Shown: positions 47,801-62,700, numbered from the stretch's first letter. The stretch: DNA of 64,000 nucleotides from Nemertoderma westbladi (GCA_032718475.1 JAUCBJ010005675.1:1-64000), one strand, 5' to 3'. Program-made: numbers and translations. The notes: generated by a model not told the origin, from the sequence alone.

Positions 47801-50800
47801 ATCCCCACCTCCTCTCCCAACTCTATCTCTCTTTTCAACGTGATTATATTGTATAGGATTGCTGACATTGAAATGAGGCTAATTCCAGGAAGGGTTGCCT
47901 TTCTTGGGGACTTAAACAAAACGACTTAGAACGCAAATTCTATCTTGAGGACCTCAGCTGGAACTCCATCGATGCTGCATGACATATTGGTTTTAATGTT
48001 ATTTGCAGCCGTCTGTCTTGTCCATGTTATATCCTTTCACCAATAAAGGTAGTACCGTGTCGATTCAGGATGCAGGATTCACTTTCTCGAAATGGTCTTA
48101 CAAACCGACCAGATCAGCTTTGACCTTGACAAATAAATAAAACAAATAAAAGCAAATACAAAAACAAATAAAAGGCATCTGAATTGTATCCAAAGCGCTG
48201 TATGAATGCATGCAGCAGATCTGGCTTCAACAGATTTCCTGCATATATCTGCTGCATTTTTATAGCATTATTAGCAACCTTTCTATTTCATTAATTATAC
48301 CTGTTTGTCTCACTACTGCTCATTCAAGACCTGCATGGTATTGCATGATCTATTGCGAGAGAGTGTGGGGGAATGCCGGTTGATAATTTAAATTAAATAA
48401 TAATAAAAAAATAATATGGGAAAGTTGGATGTCGTCATGCAGATCACAAATATGTAAATAGGTTCATTTCTTACACCTCTACAGCTACAGTAGTGAGAGA
48501 GTTCTGTGAATAATGGTTGCTTAGAGTATTGACAACAGAAACTGTTATAAAATCGATTTCTAACTAGAAGTCGATAGTCGAAGTAAAATATATTTATCGA
48601 TATTCCTAATCATGGCAAGGAAAACATGGTGGAGTCAGGAAACCGATCCGTGTGGAAGTGAAGATTTATATCCACTGATAGGTGATATGTGCACAACGCG
48701 ATATATGTTTGTTTAGGTATCAATGGAAATTATTGATACCCCTAGTGTGAGCCAAAACATGACTATGACTGATTGATTTAACAGTATGTTCGTTCACACG
48801 ACACAGTATATCCCGCTTAACAGACGGACGTTAAACCTAGCCAAACAATCTATCACCACACTCAATGATGCAATCAAACTGCCAATCACATAAAAGGCAC
48901 CGTAAGCCGCTTAGTTGAACACTCGGAGTAGTAAGGAGGTCGACCTTGGGGCCCAAATCAAATTAACATATACATTTGTAACAATAGGGCCCATGTCTGC
49001 CCCACAGCATGTAGAAAGGCCAGACGGAGGTGGGTTTGTCTGAGTCGGAGTCTGCGCATAGAAGCGGTGTCGTTGCTGCAGAAAGGTCACCAATAAAGTC
49101 TGCAGTTACGTCGTAAAAATAAACAAATAAAATACGTTTACCCATTGATAGGATACCGTAGTTGCAATTGCTAATTGCTTGAATGACAATCACACATATG
49201 TGTACATAACAACACCGCGCTAATATTAGAGTATTGTTAGTTTAGGCCTACTAGTATTATTTATATCACCCATTTTATATTATAGTTATATGTTTAGCGG
49301 TGTTGCTACTGCTACTTTGAAGTCCACATTGGCTGATGTTGACGACTTCGCAGTGCGATAAATTTAGAGACTGTCAACACAAACCAACAATACAACTCGA
49401 CATTCACAATTCTCATTCCAGTATCTGCGCATTAATCACAAATGGTACAATATTGAATATAATAATAATAAATAAATAATACAAAATAATACATTAAAAA
49501 ATAAGTGGTTGCAATAACGGAAAACGGAAGTGGTAATGCTGACAAAGTGCCCTTTAAAAGTAAGTTGTATAACTTGTTTCGCCTCAGCTTAATGACTTTA
49601 AATAGGTTTTGTTATCCAAACATGGAATGTCAATGGTTCAAGAATGCAAATGTCTGACTTCCACGTTTCCTTCCAGCCTGCCAGCTACCATAAAACAATA
49701 TCGTGGTCGGGCTAGTCAGTTCTGCCATAGCTGTGGCCGGTAAATTTCATCCTCAGTGCCTGCAGGGTGGTACTGGGTTTTGGGCGGAGCTGTTTTTTGC
49801 GTCCGAGGGAGAGGTCCATAGGGAGCGCCCCACAAAACAAAAAAATTACACAACTTTTGAAAAATTAAGTGAAGCTAATTCGACAATTAATACATTTAAT
49901 TCTAAGCATCTAATGTTTCTGACTCTATTCAAGGTCCTAGTTATTGCTTATTGTTATTGGATACACATTTACTAAATGAGGTTGAATATCAAAATTTCCC
50001 ACAATTTTATATATTTTCTAATTCTTCCCTTAACTTTTGTGCCCCCTGAACCAGGCGCCTGGGCCAGAACCCCCCACCCCCATAGCGCCGCCTCTGGTCA
50101 TAAACCCTGCTAGACATCCTGGTATACGTACAGTACAATCCCGGGATCTGCTCTCTTCTCCAGTAAGAGTCTACCGGAGACTGCCGTATTAAGCAGCACA
50201 GTGTATTGGTGGTTTTCCTCTATTTCTTCTACCAACCGTAGGTTGTATTCCACCCATCGACCCAACCTACCATATTTAATTATATTGGTCAGTAGACATA
50301 CGTAGTATAAAGTCTACGACTACGACAACAATGAAGAGGAAAGGATAGGAAGGAAGGGGCCTTCAACGACACCCCATGACTCTTAAAATGGGTCAGCATC
50401 TCCATTTATGGTAGATAGATACATATGTTATCCCTTAGGCCTCAATTAACTTAAAACATTTCGGGTGTGGGCGTGAAACAGAGGCGAAGGTCTTGAAAAA
50501 CTCCACAAAGACTATAATCAGATTAATAAACAGTATATGAGTATCAATATTAATACAATACTGTTATGTAAGTAGGCTAGTGCTTTCGACATAATTTACT
50601 GAACGCATTAATATCTCGCCTCTATGTTACAGTGGCATATTATTCTATGGGAGTAGATCTCGTCGGGTCTAGGTGTAGTTGGAATAGTCGATTACAGATA
50701 ATGCCATCAGACTTTCGTCTTGGTCATTCTGACCTTCGTTATGGGATGATAAAAAACTGAACAAACAACATCATTCTGATGAAATCCCCACACAATCAGG

Positions 50801-53800
50801 ACGAAACAAAACAAAGGTCCGAAAAAAAAGCTCCCACTTTCATCCCTTCGTCTCATGCGACCCAATACCGTTTTTGTTTACAGGGCTGCGAGGGCGAGCA
50901 CAGCAAGAAAGGACCGCTCACAATGCGTTCAAAAAACCGCAGCGCTGCTACACCGTAAAGTTTGTCATTGAACCGGGCTAACTCTAACCTTAAATCTAAC
51001 CTAATTACCAGTCCTGCACACATCTCCCCCGGGCCAACTATTTAATTCCATGCGTCAGGACTCAATAGTCCCCCTATCTTATTTAGAAGCAACTGGACGT
51101 AAAGGATATATTTACGTAAGTATGCCCGAAACAAAAGTTAAACCTTAGGTCGCAGAACAATAGGTTGCTTGATTAGTTGATCAGTACAGTAGTGTTCAGA
51201 TCGTTAACAGGGCCTCTTTGCATCACTACAGCTTCTTTGGTGGTGTGCCTTTTAGTTGATAGTTAGTGGCGCAGCTTATGTAAGAATGCGGAGATTAAAA
51301 CGGCCAACCGCGGAATTATCTGGAAGTTAAGTAGACGGCGTGATACATTAATTGGGGCCAGTAGTTCGTTTTGGTTTAGAATTCGTTCAAGGCATCAATA
51401 TGTTGTCTCTGATTAGTCTAACGAAGAACCTTAAAATATGCTAAGTTGACTGGAATGTGTTGTGTGTTTGTGACTTGACATGTGACTAATCCTTCTTTGA
51501 CCTCAAACATTGGTGTCTTAGAAAGAAGACGCATATATTGCTAACGAAGCCAGCAATGTGATGTTGAAGGAAACCTGGAGTAAGGACGATTACACTTGAT
51601 TATGGAGATTAAGTTACTAGCAAGGGTGTTGTACAACTACGTTGTACATGTTACGCCGAAAACGGCAAATACCATCTGCCTGGGCGAATAAACAACGTTA
51701 ATTATCGGCTAATGGAAAGGAGCAGGTCATAGTGGTAGGATATTCCAACCAAAACATTAAGCGAGATTTAGAAGTAGATGTTACAGTTTAATTTTTGGAC
51801 GTACATAATAACGGCTGTCGACGTTGCGTTTACACCCAGCTCTGCTGGCCCTTTGAAGCGATATGCATTAGCGTTATCATGCGTTAGCGTTATTGCTATA
51901 GTCATGAGTGTTATTAGCGATATTACTACAGTTATAATTGGGATTATACTTCGTTATTAAAACTATTAAGCTCTTTAAAATATATAAATATTAACTTCTG
52001 TAGGGTTTCCTTTCAGTCCTGCAGGTTGCAGCTCAACTAAAAACTGTTTGTCCATTGGCTAACCACGTGCTAACCACGTTGAACGTTCACATCACTACAC
52101 AGTAGAATGATATACACATAACGGGGCTTGAATTATCCCAGCATGAGGTCTAATAAATAGGCCAGTTAGCTGATGACAGTGGATGGGGTCCATTCAATAA
52201 TATTGACAACAGATTCAAAAGTGTTAATAATACGTCACAATCACAAATCGCATTATGACAATAAGTTGATAATTCATTTACACACATACTGTACCTACTT
52301 TGTGCTCATAGGCCAGAAGTCGGATTCTTTCGAAAGTTCGGGCACATTCCAACAGCTTGTAACGTTCAAAAATTGGGTTAAACTTTAAAATAAAAATTGT
52401 TTGAGAATTATTTTACATAATAGTTTGATTGGTCACGCTGGTCACCAACAATATTATTTTATACGACTATGAAGGATATTATGTTTTGTACGATACATGT
52501 CCTGACTAAAATATTGTTAATAATTTCATTTTAAAGTCTGAGTGAAATACGCCGTGAAATAAAGTAAAGTCAATGATGTACTATGGGGTGCTATATATCA
52601 CGGCGTGAAATAAAGTAACAGTAATCTTTTTCTTTCAGTATCATTGTACCGTATTCTACGGGCGCGGCGCTGAGGCAGGCCTAACAGTAAGTCATTTATC
52701 GTAGATAGGCCTTCAGACAGCACAGGATACATACAGTAGGTCGTTACCGCTACCATACCATGGACTGGACTGGTTTCACTCATTATGTCGCTGCCTACAA
52801 TTAGTAGGCCTACTTATGCAGTCTGTATAGGCTGAAGAAAAGCACACGCTACATCCCTAGGGCGAGTGAGGGAGACTTGATCCCCAAAAGTTATAATCGC
52901 TCTAAAGAACGGATAAATAAATTTTTCAATGCCGTTTTAACTTTTTCACATTACATTTATGATTGCTATCATTATGTGAGAGTTTGAGAATTTCAACTCT
53001 TAAACTTTTTTAATTAAACAAATTATTCGTATTTTCGAAAAAAGCGTCACGTCTCCCTCAATGGGGGGAGACTTGACACCTAGGGTGGGAGACATGAACC
53101 CCACCTCGCATACTTGTAAATTCGTTCAAAAATGCATAACAAGTGTAATAATTACATGTTCAACATGTCTATTTTCTAGTAGAGCAGAACAATTTCAAAA
53201 AATGCGATTGTTAAATTGTTAACTTATTATCCAAAATAATAGGCTAAAAATATATATTTATAATATAATATATTACAGTATAATATAACTATAATAAAGG
53301 CCTAGGCTTGTCATTTTACCCGCTTCCGGGTTGTTATTTTTTGGAACTGTATTATTTTCGCCTGTTATTGAATTATTTTGCTCCCCATTGCCATCCTAAA
53401 ACACAAGACGCCCACATCCGCTAGCTTCGGGATATTAATAAAACGTTTATAACGTATTTCTCAATACTGGCTGTATTTATTATTTCATAATAATTTACGT
53501 CTACAGAAAAAACATATCAAGTTATTATCAAACAACTTTAAACATAGTTAGAAATAGCAAGAAATTGCGAAAAATTTAATTACATAGATTTATAAAGACC
53601 GTGCTGCCATCAATAATATACAAAATTAACAATTAATTAATAATTGAGATAATTAAACATAAACATATAATAAACGAGGCAATACCATATTAATCAGAGA
53701 AATTCAATAGGTTCATTTTCAATTTAATAGATTCATAGCACTTACATTGGTAGAAAATTAGTACAGTACCGGTATGTATTTAATAGAAATGAACTCTAGC

Positions 53801-54672
53801 ACTACAGTTAGGACTACAATAAGATTAAAGGCAAGTTGGACCAGCCAGACTAACCTTTCAATAAGAGTACCTGCCTTTTTCGAATGTTAACAAAGTTTTG
53901 AAAATCAAATCCTGATATACAGTATAATTCATAATATATATAGAGCTTACTGATTAAATTATTACCATTATTTACTATCACACAAGTTAAAATAGTACTG
54001 TATTATGATACAAAAACTAACTAGAAGATATTTTTATAGCACGAAATATACAGAGTATATAAGAATGAGAAACAGTTAGACTTTGTCTGTAATAAAAACA
54101 AATAAACAGAACCGACAAAACGTTATAAATGTAACATAAATGAAAGTAAATAGATGATTTTAATATATTTCCAATTTATATCACCCGCATTAGCAAAGAG
54201 AATGAAGGAAGGAGATAGCGATATAAAACCATTTGATAAAAATGGGCAATGCAAACAGTAAGTCATAGGTCACCTTTAAAGAGAACATTAAAATCATTTC
54301 AGAAAATTAGAATCTAATTTTGTACTCAAATATTGCAAGAAGGGCACAGTTTCCTACTAACAACTTATGACTATAAATCACAATATTACAAATTAGCTTG
54401 TAAAAATGATCCTTCTAAAATTATTAAAGTCTACTAATAATAAATGGTAGGAAGGGGTTTCTAATATGTTCTAGAGGTATGTGGTTAACGGTTTGTAGGT
54501 ATAACCTAACCACTGTATATGTTCTAGAACTTGCAACTCTATTTGTATAAAGGGTTGTAGGAAGTAAGCATAAACACTGTCCGTTTTATCGACCATTAAC
54601 ACTGCACTGTCAGACAGCTCCAACCGATAAAGCTGTTGATTGGCTATTTCCAACTGTAATTTCCATTGGTTG

Positions 54673-57600
54673 CTAGGTTCTCCCACTACCTGATTGGTTA
54701 CTTCCATCCAACGAATTAAGAGACGACCTGCGCTGTGACGGATCAACCAATGAGCTGGTAGTAAAGAGTTTATACCAACCAATCGTAGGCGTTGGCAGTT
54801 TGAGATCATCCAATAGTATTTGAGCGACGCCCATGAAGACTTTACGATCCATTCTCCCATAGTCGCCCCAGACCGTGACCTACAATGATAAATATAAATC
54901 CGTTAAATAAGAAATGATTACAGTAATAATCACTCGTTACTGATGGGTCATTGTTGTTGTTGATGAGTCACTTAGTTACATGACAACACACTAAATCCAA
55001 CAGTTAGTTGGCCTATTGCGTTTTTGACAAAATGAATCGCGATATACTTATACCGTGTGTGTGTAACAGCGGCAACCTCGCACAACATTATGTCACGAGG
55101 CGTGACGTGGTTATGGTGAGGGTGTAAGAGGAAGATGCTCGGTAAAAAATAATAGAGAAATATATTCATTTATTATTAGTTATCTATAATAATAAAAACT
55201 GAAACATTATTTATATCCAACCTGTAAGACTTTCCCAGACGGGTCTATATCATTGAATATCATCTTCTGATGGTAGACTGGATCCAGAGTCTGTCTCGAC
55301 ACTATAGACTTCTGTTTCTCGATGCATCGCTTCCCGTCCATCACGTAGAGTTTCACGCAGGTCGCCGGCGCGGATTTCGCTCCGAGTTTCGGTTTGAGTC
55401 CGGCACCGCGTTTAACTTCGATCTCGAGTTGACCGCGACGCAGTGCTAGCTGCAGTTGGATCTTACCGAGACATGGTGAACCGAGAACCTGAGGACGGTA
55501 AATAGAGACGAGGTCAGTCAACCAAACAGCAGTGAAACAGAGCTGAAGATAGTCTCTCGAACGGTATCGGGTGTTACGGCAATCAGACAACCCACCCCTC
55601 AGCCAACCATAAAAAAAGTTAAAAAATCATCCTACCAGTAGATCATTAACCGGATATCCGTTAACCACCAGTCGACTCATCAGTTAACCAACCAGTCGAC
55701 CCACCAGTTAACCCACCAGTCGACTCACCCGTTAACCAACCAGTCGACTCACCTGTCTGCCAACCAGTCGACCCACCAGTTAACCAACCAGTCGACCCAC
55801 CAGTTAACCAACCAGTCGACTCACCTGGCTGCCAACCAGTCGGCCCACCAGTTAACCAACCAGTCGACTCACCTGTCTACCAACCAGTCGACCCACCAGT
55901 TAACCAACCAGTCGAACCACCAGTTAACCAACCAGTCGACTCACCTGTCTGCCAACCAGTCGACCCACCAGTTAACCAACCAGTCGACCCACCAGTTAAC
56001 CAACCAGTCGACCCACCCTTTAACCAACCAGTCGACTCACCAGTTAACCAACAAGTCGACCCACCCTTTAACCAACCAGTCGACTCACCTGTCTGCCAAC
56101 CAGTCGACCCACCAGTTAACCAACCAGTCGACTCACCTGTCTGCCAACCAGTCGACCCACCCGTTAACCAACCAGTCGACTCACCTGTCTGCCAACCAGT
56201 CGAACCACCAGTTAACCAACCAGTCGACCCACCAGTTAACAAACTAGTCGACTCACCTGTCTGCCAACCAGTCGACCCACCAGTTAAATAACCAGTCGAC
56301 CCACCCGGTTACCAACCAGTTGACTCACCTGTCTGCCAACCAGTCGACCCACCAGTTAACCAACCCGTCGACCCACCCGTTAACCAACTAGTTGACTCAC
56401 CTGTCTGCCAACCAGTCGGCCCACCAGTTAACCAACCAGTCGACCCACCAGTTAACAAACTAGTCGACTCACCTGTCTGCCAACCAGTCGACCCACCAGT
56501 TAAATAACCAGTCGACCCACCCGGTTACCAACCAGTTGACTCACCTGTCTGCCAACCAGTCGACCCACCAGTTAACCAACCAGTCGACCCATCCGTTAAC
56601 CCACCAGTCGACTCACCTGTCTGCCAACCAGTCGACCCACCAGTTAACCAACCAGTCGACCCGCCAGTTAACCAACTAGTCGACTCACCCGTCTGCCAAC
56701 CAGTCGACCCACCAGTTAAATAACCAGTCGACCCACCCGGTTACCAACCAGTTGACTCACCTGTCTGCCAACCAGTCGACCCACCAGTTAACCAACCAGT
56801 CGACCCATCCGTTAACCCACCAGTCGACTCACCTGTCTGCCAACCAGTCGACCCACCAGTTAACCAACCAGTCGACCCGCCAGTTAACCAACTAGTCGAC
56901 TCACCCGTCTGCCAACCAGTCGACCCACCAGTTAAATAACCAGTCGACCCACCCGGTTACCAACCAGTTGACTCACCTGTCTGCCAACCAGTCGACCCAC
57001 CAGTTAACCAACCAGTCGACCCATCCGTTAACCCACCAGGTGACTCACCTGTCTGCCAACCAGTCGACCCACCAGTTAACCAACCAGTCGACCCGCCAGT
57101 TAACCAACTAGTCGACTCACCCGTTAACCAACCAGTCGACTCACCTGTCTGCCAACCAGTCGACCCACCAGTTAACCAACCAGTCGACACACCAGTTAAA
57201 CAATCAGTCGACCCACCCGTTAACCAACCAGTCGACTCACCTGTCTGCCAATCAGTCGACCCACCAGTTAACCAACCAGTCGACCCGCCAGTTAACCAAT
57301 CAGTCGACTCACCCGTTAACCAACCAGTCGACTCACCTGTCTGCCAACCAGTTTACCCACGAGTTGGGGAACAACCAGTCGACCCACCCGTTAACCAACC
57401 AGTCGACTCACGTGGCTGCCAACCAGTCGACCAACCCGTTAACCAACCAGTCGACTCACCTGGCTGCCAACCAGTCGACCCACCAGTTAAATAACCAGTC
57501 GACCCACCCGTTAACCAACCAGTCGACTTACCTGTCTGCCAACCAGTTGCCCGGGCCCCAGATCATCTATAAAGTCACCGAACTGTCCGTCTGGCCCGAC

Positions 57601-57749
57601 TCTATACGAGGCGGCTCCCGACTGTTGCGCGTCTGAGTCAGTAGAATCCCGACTACTCCAGCTGCTCGTGGTGGCCGCCATCCTCGAACGGAGGTCAGTG
57701 ACCCCAACCTCTTCGCACCGTTGAATAGAAACCCGTTTCTTTGCCTGAC
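54673..57749 (-). CDS. RIMS: 3' end of RIM (Rab3-interacting molecule / unc-10) including the C2B domain; exons 57749-57532, 55488-55222, 54879-54673 (stop)
   Basis: Spliced translation ...SIQRCEE..SRDSTD..GQFGDFIDDLGPGQLVGRQ|VLGSPCLGKIQLQL...KQKSIVSRQTLDPVYHQ...GKVLQ|VTVWGDYGRMDRKVFMGVAQILLDDL...IGWYKLF; canonical GT-AG junctions in frame. Upstream exons were not identified. Confidence 0.92.
55662..57546. repeat. 24-bp minisatellite (two interleaved variants) in a RIM intron
   Basis: Units accagtcgactcacctgtctgcca and accagtcgacccaccagttaacca. Confidence 0.97.
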
Positions 57750-58275
57750 CTGCAAGTAAAAATATATATGTAACAAATAAAGTTGCACCAAATATGTATA
57801 AATAAAACTATATACAAAATAAATTATTAAAACAAATAATAATTGTAGCGGCAACAAAATATATATTATAGATGTAGTTGACGCAAATATATAGAATAAC
57901 TGCAGTTGGAATAAATATATAGAACGAACTGCGAAGCTGCTTCTATTCCTTAATTCATATTTTACATTATTAATTCGCCGAGATGGAATTTACATAAATT
58001 CCCTCGAAGCAACAACACCAAGCTATCATATCTACATGCATGCATACAGTATACACCATCATGCCCCATAATAATAGTGTCGTAATTCAATGACATGCCT
58101 ACCAAAAGATTTACATTTCTCAACTCGATAGTATCACCTCCTTGGAGGGTGAGCCAGAATGTTTATTTACGCATTCGCATATTAATTACAAGCGTTTGAA
58201 AAAGTGTCTCCGCCGATATTGCACCAGTTACACCGCAGTTATTCTTCAACCTTATAGTGATTTGTTGGTACTGTT

Positions 58276-58673
58276 GGAAATAGGCCGTTGCATGGATTCC
58301 AGAAATGTAATGAAATATGAATTTCTTGCGAAATGTGGGCGTTTGAAGTTGGGTGTGTTTGCTACCGCTGCAGGCTATATAATATATTTAACAAATAAAA
58401 TTTAAAATGTAGCTGGGCAACAATGTAATACCTATATAATATTTATATTACGTAGGTATTCATAAATACACAAAGGAAATAGGCCGTTGCATGGATTCCA
58501 GAAATGTAATGAAATATGAATTTCTTGCGAAATGTGGGCGTTTGAAGTTGGGTGTGTTTGCTACCGCTGCAGGCTATATAATATATTTAACAAATAAAAT
58601 TTAAAATGTAGCTGGGCAACAATGTAATACCTATATAATATTTATATTACGTCGGTATTCATAAATACACAAA
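58276..58673. repeat. ~200-bp tandem duplication
   Basis: gaaataggccgttgcatgg...ataaatacacaaa is present twice, near-identical. Confidence 0.9.
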
Positions 58674-58702
58674 AATGGTTTAGAATAAAGTTTGGTTTGG
58701 AG

Positions 58703-60307
58703 GAGGGGTACCGCACTGAATTACGACACTATATTCCTGAGAATGGGGTAAAAGTGATAACGGAAATAACCGTTGGTTAGAGTTGCTATGCAACCAAATA
58801 AACTTGCCTTTAACGGTGAGGAGTCTAACAAAATTCAGTTTCCCCGATTTACTCATATTAACTTTTGTATTACATTATATATTCTGTTGATTTGTTTAAC
58901 AACTGTGTCCTGCTAAATTTTGACACAGTTTTTATTTGAGCTATGAAAATAGGATATGATGCTGTACAAACAAAAATTAATTTTTTTTTTAAATTATACA
59001 CGTGTAAGGGAGAATTTTGGATATAAATATACTTATTACTAAAAATTTGATATTTATATGAAAATGTTAGACAATCAAATATAAAAACAACTTAAATATA
59101 GCACATTGAAGTTTAATAAAATGGCCTGTATTTAATAACATGTGGGATCCATTGCATATATAAATTATTGCCAAGTCGCATCGCGTAGCCCAGAGGAACT
59201 ATTATTAGCCATCGATATATAGATCGGATTCTTTGTAAACCGAATGCTAAAAGCGAAGGAGCATCCAGTTTATTGCTAGGACAACCATGTGCTACTCTGC
59301 TATGTTTGTATAGGGTTAGTATGTCGGGTATACAAAGATGATCTCGTTTTATTGATCAACTCTGCCATGGAATTCTGTATTGTATTCCGCAACTACACCC
59401 TAACAACACGCCACACAGAACGCAGTAAGTAAAACATAATGTATTATAGCCGATAAGTGCGAATATAATAATATGGTCTCGATCTCTCGAATGTTCACCA
59501 TGGTAATGGAGACATTTAATTATTCGCTCAAAATATTGCAAAACAAAACGTGGCATGGTTACCACGCACGGCTTTGTTTATGTCTAACGGTGCTTTATGT
59601 ATACGGCACGGCGTCATTCCCATCAGCTTTATATTAAGGGGGGGGGGGGGGGGGGGGGGGGATAATAAAGAATTTAAGAAAAATTGTGTGTGTGTATCTA
59701 TATTGTATATTGGCTTAAAGTATAATAATAATAAACCGAATAATAATAATAATAATAAACCGAATGGTATTATCTAAAATAGCGGGAAGGTTTGAATTGT
59801 TCCTTAAACTTTAAACGCCCATATCTCACAATGACGTTTTTTCATGAAAAAGGCTATTTCTCTGCCAATTTTAAGTGAAATGAGTTGAAATTTGGTACAC
59901 TTGTTAAGATTGCCCTTCTCCATACTTCTGAACAAATTTGGTTGGAAATGCCCTGGAGCCTTTTGATATCAAAAAGGCCTTAAAAATGCCCTTTTTGGGG
60001 CCTTTTTGTTCTAAAAAGGCTCCAGAGCATTTGAGGCAAAATTTGTTCAGAAGAACTGGATACAGGTTTCTTCTGAACCTATATTGCAAATTTCGACAAA
60101 TTTCAACAAATATTGGTGGAAAAATAGCCCTTGGCGCAAAAAGGCACTTTTGGCCATTACGGAGCCATTTTGGGGCCAATTTAAAAAATATTTGGTTTGG
60201 TTATTCTCACAGAGTCCAAACGATGTAGCACAAAAAATAATTTTCACCTAATTTTATGGTCCAGAGACACAAAAATGTGAGGTTCAATTTGGGGGTGCTA
60301 CCCTTAA
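58703..60307. mobile_element. possible non-autonomous DNA transposon (Kolobok-like ends) related to the sequence at ~6150
   Basis: Left GGGGTACCGCAC.., right ..GTGCTACCC-TTAA; shares CACTGAATTACGACACTATATTC with 6159-6181. Confidence 0.3.
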
Positions 60308-60372
60308 AGAAATGTTGAACATTATACAAGCAAGAAATAGAACTTGGCAAATTTAAAAGGATCAAATTTCAA

Positions 60373-62165
60373 GAGTCCTTGCCGGATTGAGGATGGAGTC
60401 CTTGCTGGGATGAGGATGGAGTCCTTGCCGGATTGAGGATGGAGTCCTTGCTGGGATGAGGATGGAGTCATTGCTGGGATGAGGAAGGAGTCCTTGCTGG
60501 GATGAGGATGGAGTCCTTGCTGGGATGAGGATGGAGTCCTTGCTGGGATGAGGATGGAGTCCTTGCTGGATTGAGGATGGAGTCCTTGCTGGGATGAGGA
60601 TGGAGTCCTTGCTGGGATGAGGATGGAGTCCTTGCTGGGATGAGGATGGAGTCCTTGCTGGGATGAGGATGGAGTCCTTGCTGGGATGAGGATGGAGTCC
60701 TTGCTGGATTGAGGATGGAGTCCTTGCTGGGATGAGGATGGAGTCCTTGCTGGGATGAGGATGGAGTCCTTGCTGGGATGAGGATGGAGTCCTTGCTGGG
60801 ATGAGGAAGGAGTCCTTGCTGGGATGAGGATGGAGTCCTTGCCGGATTGAGGATGGAGTCCTTGCTGGGATGAGGATGGAGTCCTTGCCGGATTGAGGAT
60901 GGAGTCCTTGCTGGGATGAGGATGGAGTCCTTGCTGGGATGAGGATGGAGTCCTTGCTGGGATGAGGAAGGAGTCCTTGCTGGGATGAGGATGGAGTCCT
61001 TGCCGGATTGAGGATGGAGTCCTTGCTGGGATGAGGATGGAGTCCTTGCCGGATTGAGGATGGAGTCCTTGCTGGGATGAGGATGGAGTCCTTGCTGGGA
61101 TGAGGAAGGAGTCCTTGCTGGGATGAGGATGGAGTCCTTGCTGGGATGAGGATGGAGTCCTTGCTGGGATGAGGATGGAGTCCTTGCTGGATTGAGGATG
61201 GAGTCCTTGCTGGGATGAGGATGGAGTCCTTGCTGGGATGAGGATGGAGTCCTTGCTGGGATGAGGATGGAGTCCTTGCTGGGATGAGGATGGAGTCCTT
61301 GCTGGGATGAGGATGGAGTCCTTGCTGGATTGAGGATGGAGTCCTTGCTGGGATGAGGATGGAGTCCTTGCTGGGATGAGGATGGAGTCCTTGCTGGGAT
61401 GAGGATGGAGTCCTTGCTGGGATGAGGATGGAGTCCTTGCTGGGATGAGGATGGAGTCCTTGCTGGGATGAGGATGGAGTCCTTGCTGGGATGAGGATGG
61501 AGTCCTTGCTGGGATGAGGATGGAGTCCTTGCTGGGATGAGGATGGAGTCCTTGCTGGGATGAGGATGGAGTTCTTGCTGGGTTGAGGATGGAGTCCTTG
61601 CTGGGATGAGGATGGAGTCCTTGCTGGGATGAGGATGGAGTCCTTGCTGGGATGAGGATGGAGTCCTTGCTGGATTGAGGATGGAGTCCTTGCTGGGATG
61701 AGGATGGAGTCCTTGCTGGGATGAGGATGGAGTCCTTGCTGGGATGAGGATGGAGTCCTTGCTGGGATGAGGATGGAGTTCTTGCTGGGATGAGGATGGA
61801 GTCCTTGCTGGGATGAGGATGGAGTCCTTGCTGGGATGAGGATGGAGTCCTTGCTGGATTGAGGATGGAGTCCTTGCTGGGGTGAGAATTGAGTCCTTGC
61901 TGGGATGAGGATGGAGTCCTTGCTGGGATGAGGATGGAGTCCTTGCTGGGCTGAGGAGTGAGTCCTTGCTGGGCTGAGGATGGAGTCCTTGCTGGGATGA
62001 GAATGGAGTCCTTGCTGGGATGAAGATGTAGTCCTTGCTGGGATGAGGATGGAGTCCTTGCTGGGATGAGAATGGAGTCCTTGCTGGGATGAGGATGGAG
62101 TCCTTGCTGGGGTGAGGATGGAGTCCTTGCTGGGATGAGGATGGAGTCCTTGCTGGGCTGAGGAT
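60373..62165. repeat. 23-bp minisatellite
   Basis: Unit GATGAGGATGGAGTCCTTGCTGG; the 23-aa period of the ORFs equals three units. Confidence 0.97.
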
Positions 62166-62429
62166 ACCAAATCTCTGGATTGATGATTCCAAATATCTCT
62201 CTAAAAACGGCCAAGTACAGTGCCAACCCGCTTCTAATCAAGGAATGGTTAGAGCGTCAGACTTCCAATCTGAAGATCTCGTGTTCGATCCCACCTAGTC
62301 GTCAATGCCTATTGAAAGCTGTGCACAACGAAGGCTATAAAAACCTCTGGATGGCTTTTATACTAAAACGCGACGCGGGCTGTATTGTGCAAGTACAATC
62401 TCCAACCAGACCTTGTTCAGCAATGGTGT

Positions 62430-62700
62430 TGTCTCATTGGCCCCACTAAGCTTGAAATTTGAACGGATGAATGGGGCCGCCTCCGCTTTGGAGGATATTC
62501 CTTTCGCCGTGATGACCAGCCCGTGCACGATCTGATGCCTTGGTGGAATAAACTTGGTGGACAGCCCATGACTTTCTTAAGACGCCTCTTAAAGGACACT
62601 GGCCTTGAAGATGCGGATGATCTCGCGAATGTCTTGGGGGGTAGTGAGTTGTGGGGGTGCAATTTTGACGATGAGCCTGCATAGTAATCTCAATGCAGCA
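62430..62700 (-). mobile_element. short RTE-like LINE 3' fragment related to 9485-9880
   Basis: Reverse-complement similarity to the 9485-9880 fragment (cttaagacgcctctt / atgggctgtccacca). Confidence 0.45.

Noticed and set aside
47800-54400. Short ORFs and repeat fragments between the homeobox gene and RIM
   Set aside because: No recognisable domains or splice-consistent exons; probably UTR, intergenic DNA and decayed MITEs.
54471-54860. 129-aa minus-strand ORF
   Set aside because: Alternative frame overlapping the real last RIM exon.
55877-57636. TGGSTGW repeat ORFs
   Set aside because: Translation of the 24-bp intronic minisatellite.
60322-62241. 574-639 aa ORFs in three frames
   Set aside because: Translation of the 23-bp minisatellite; no domain, and every frame is open.
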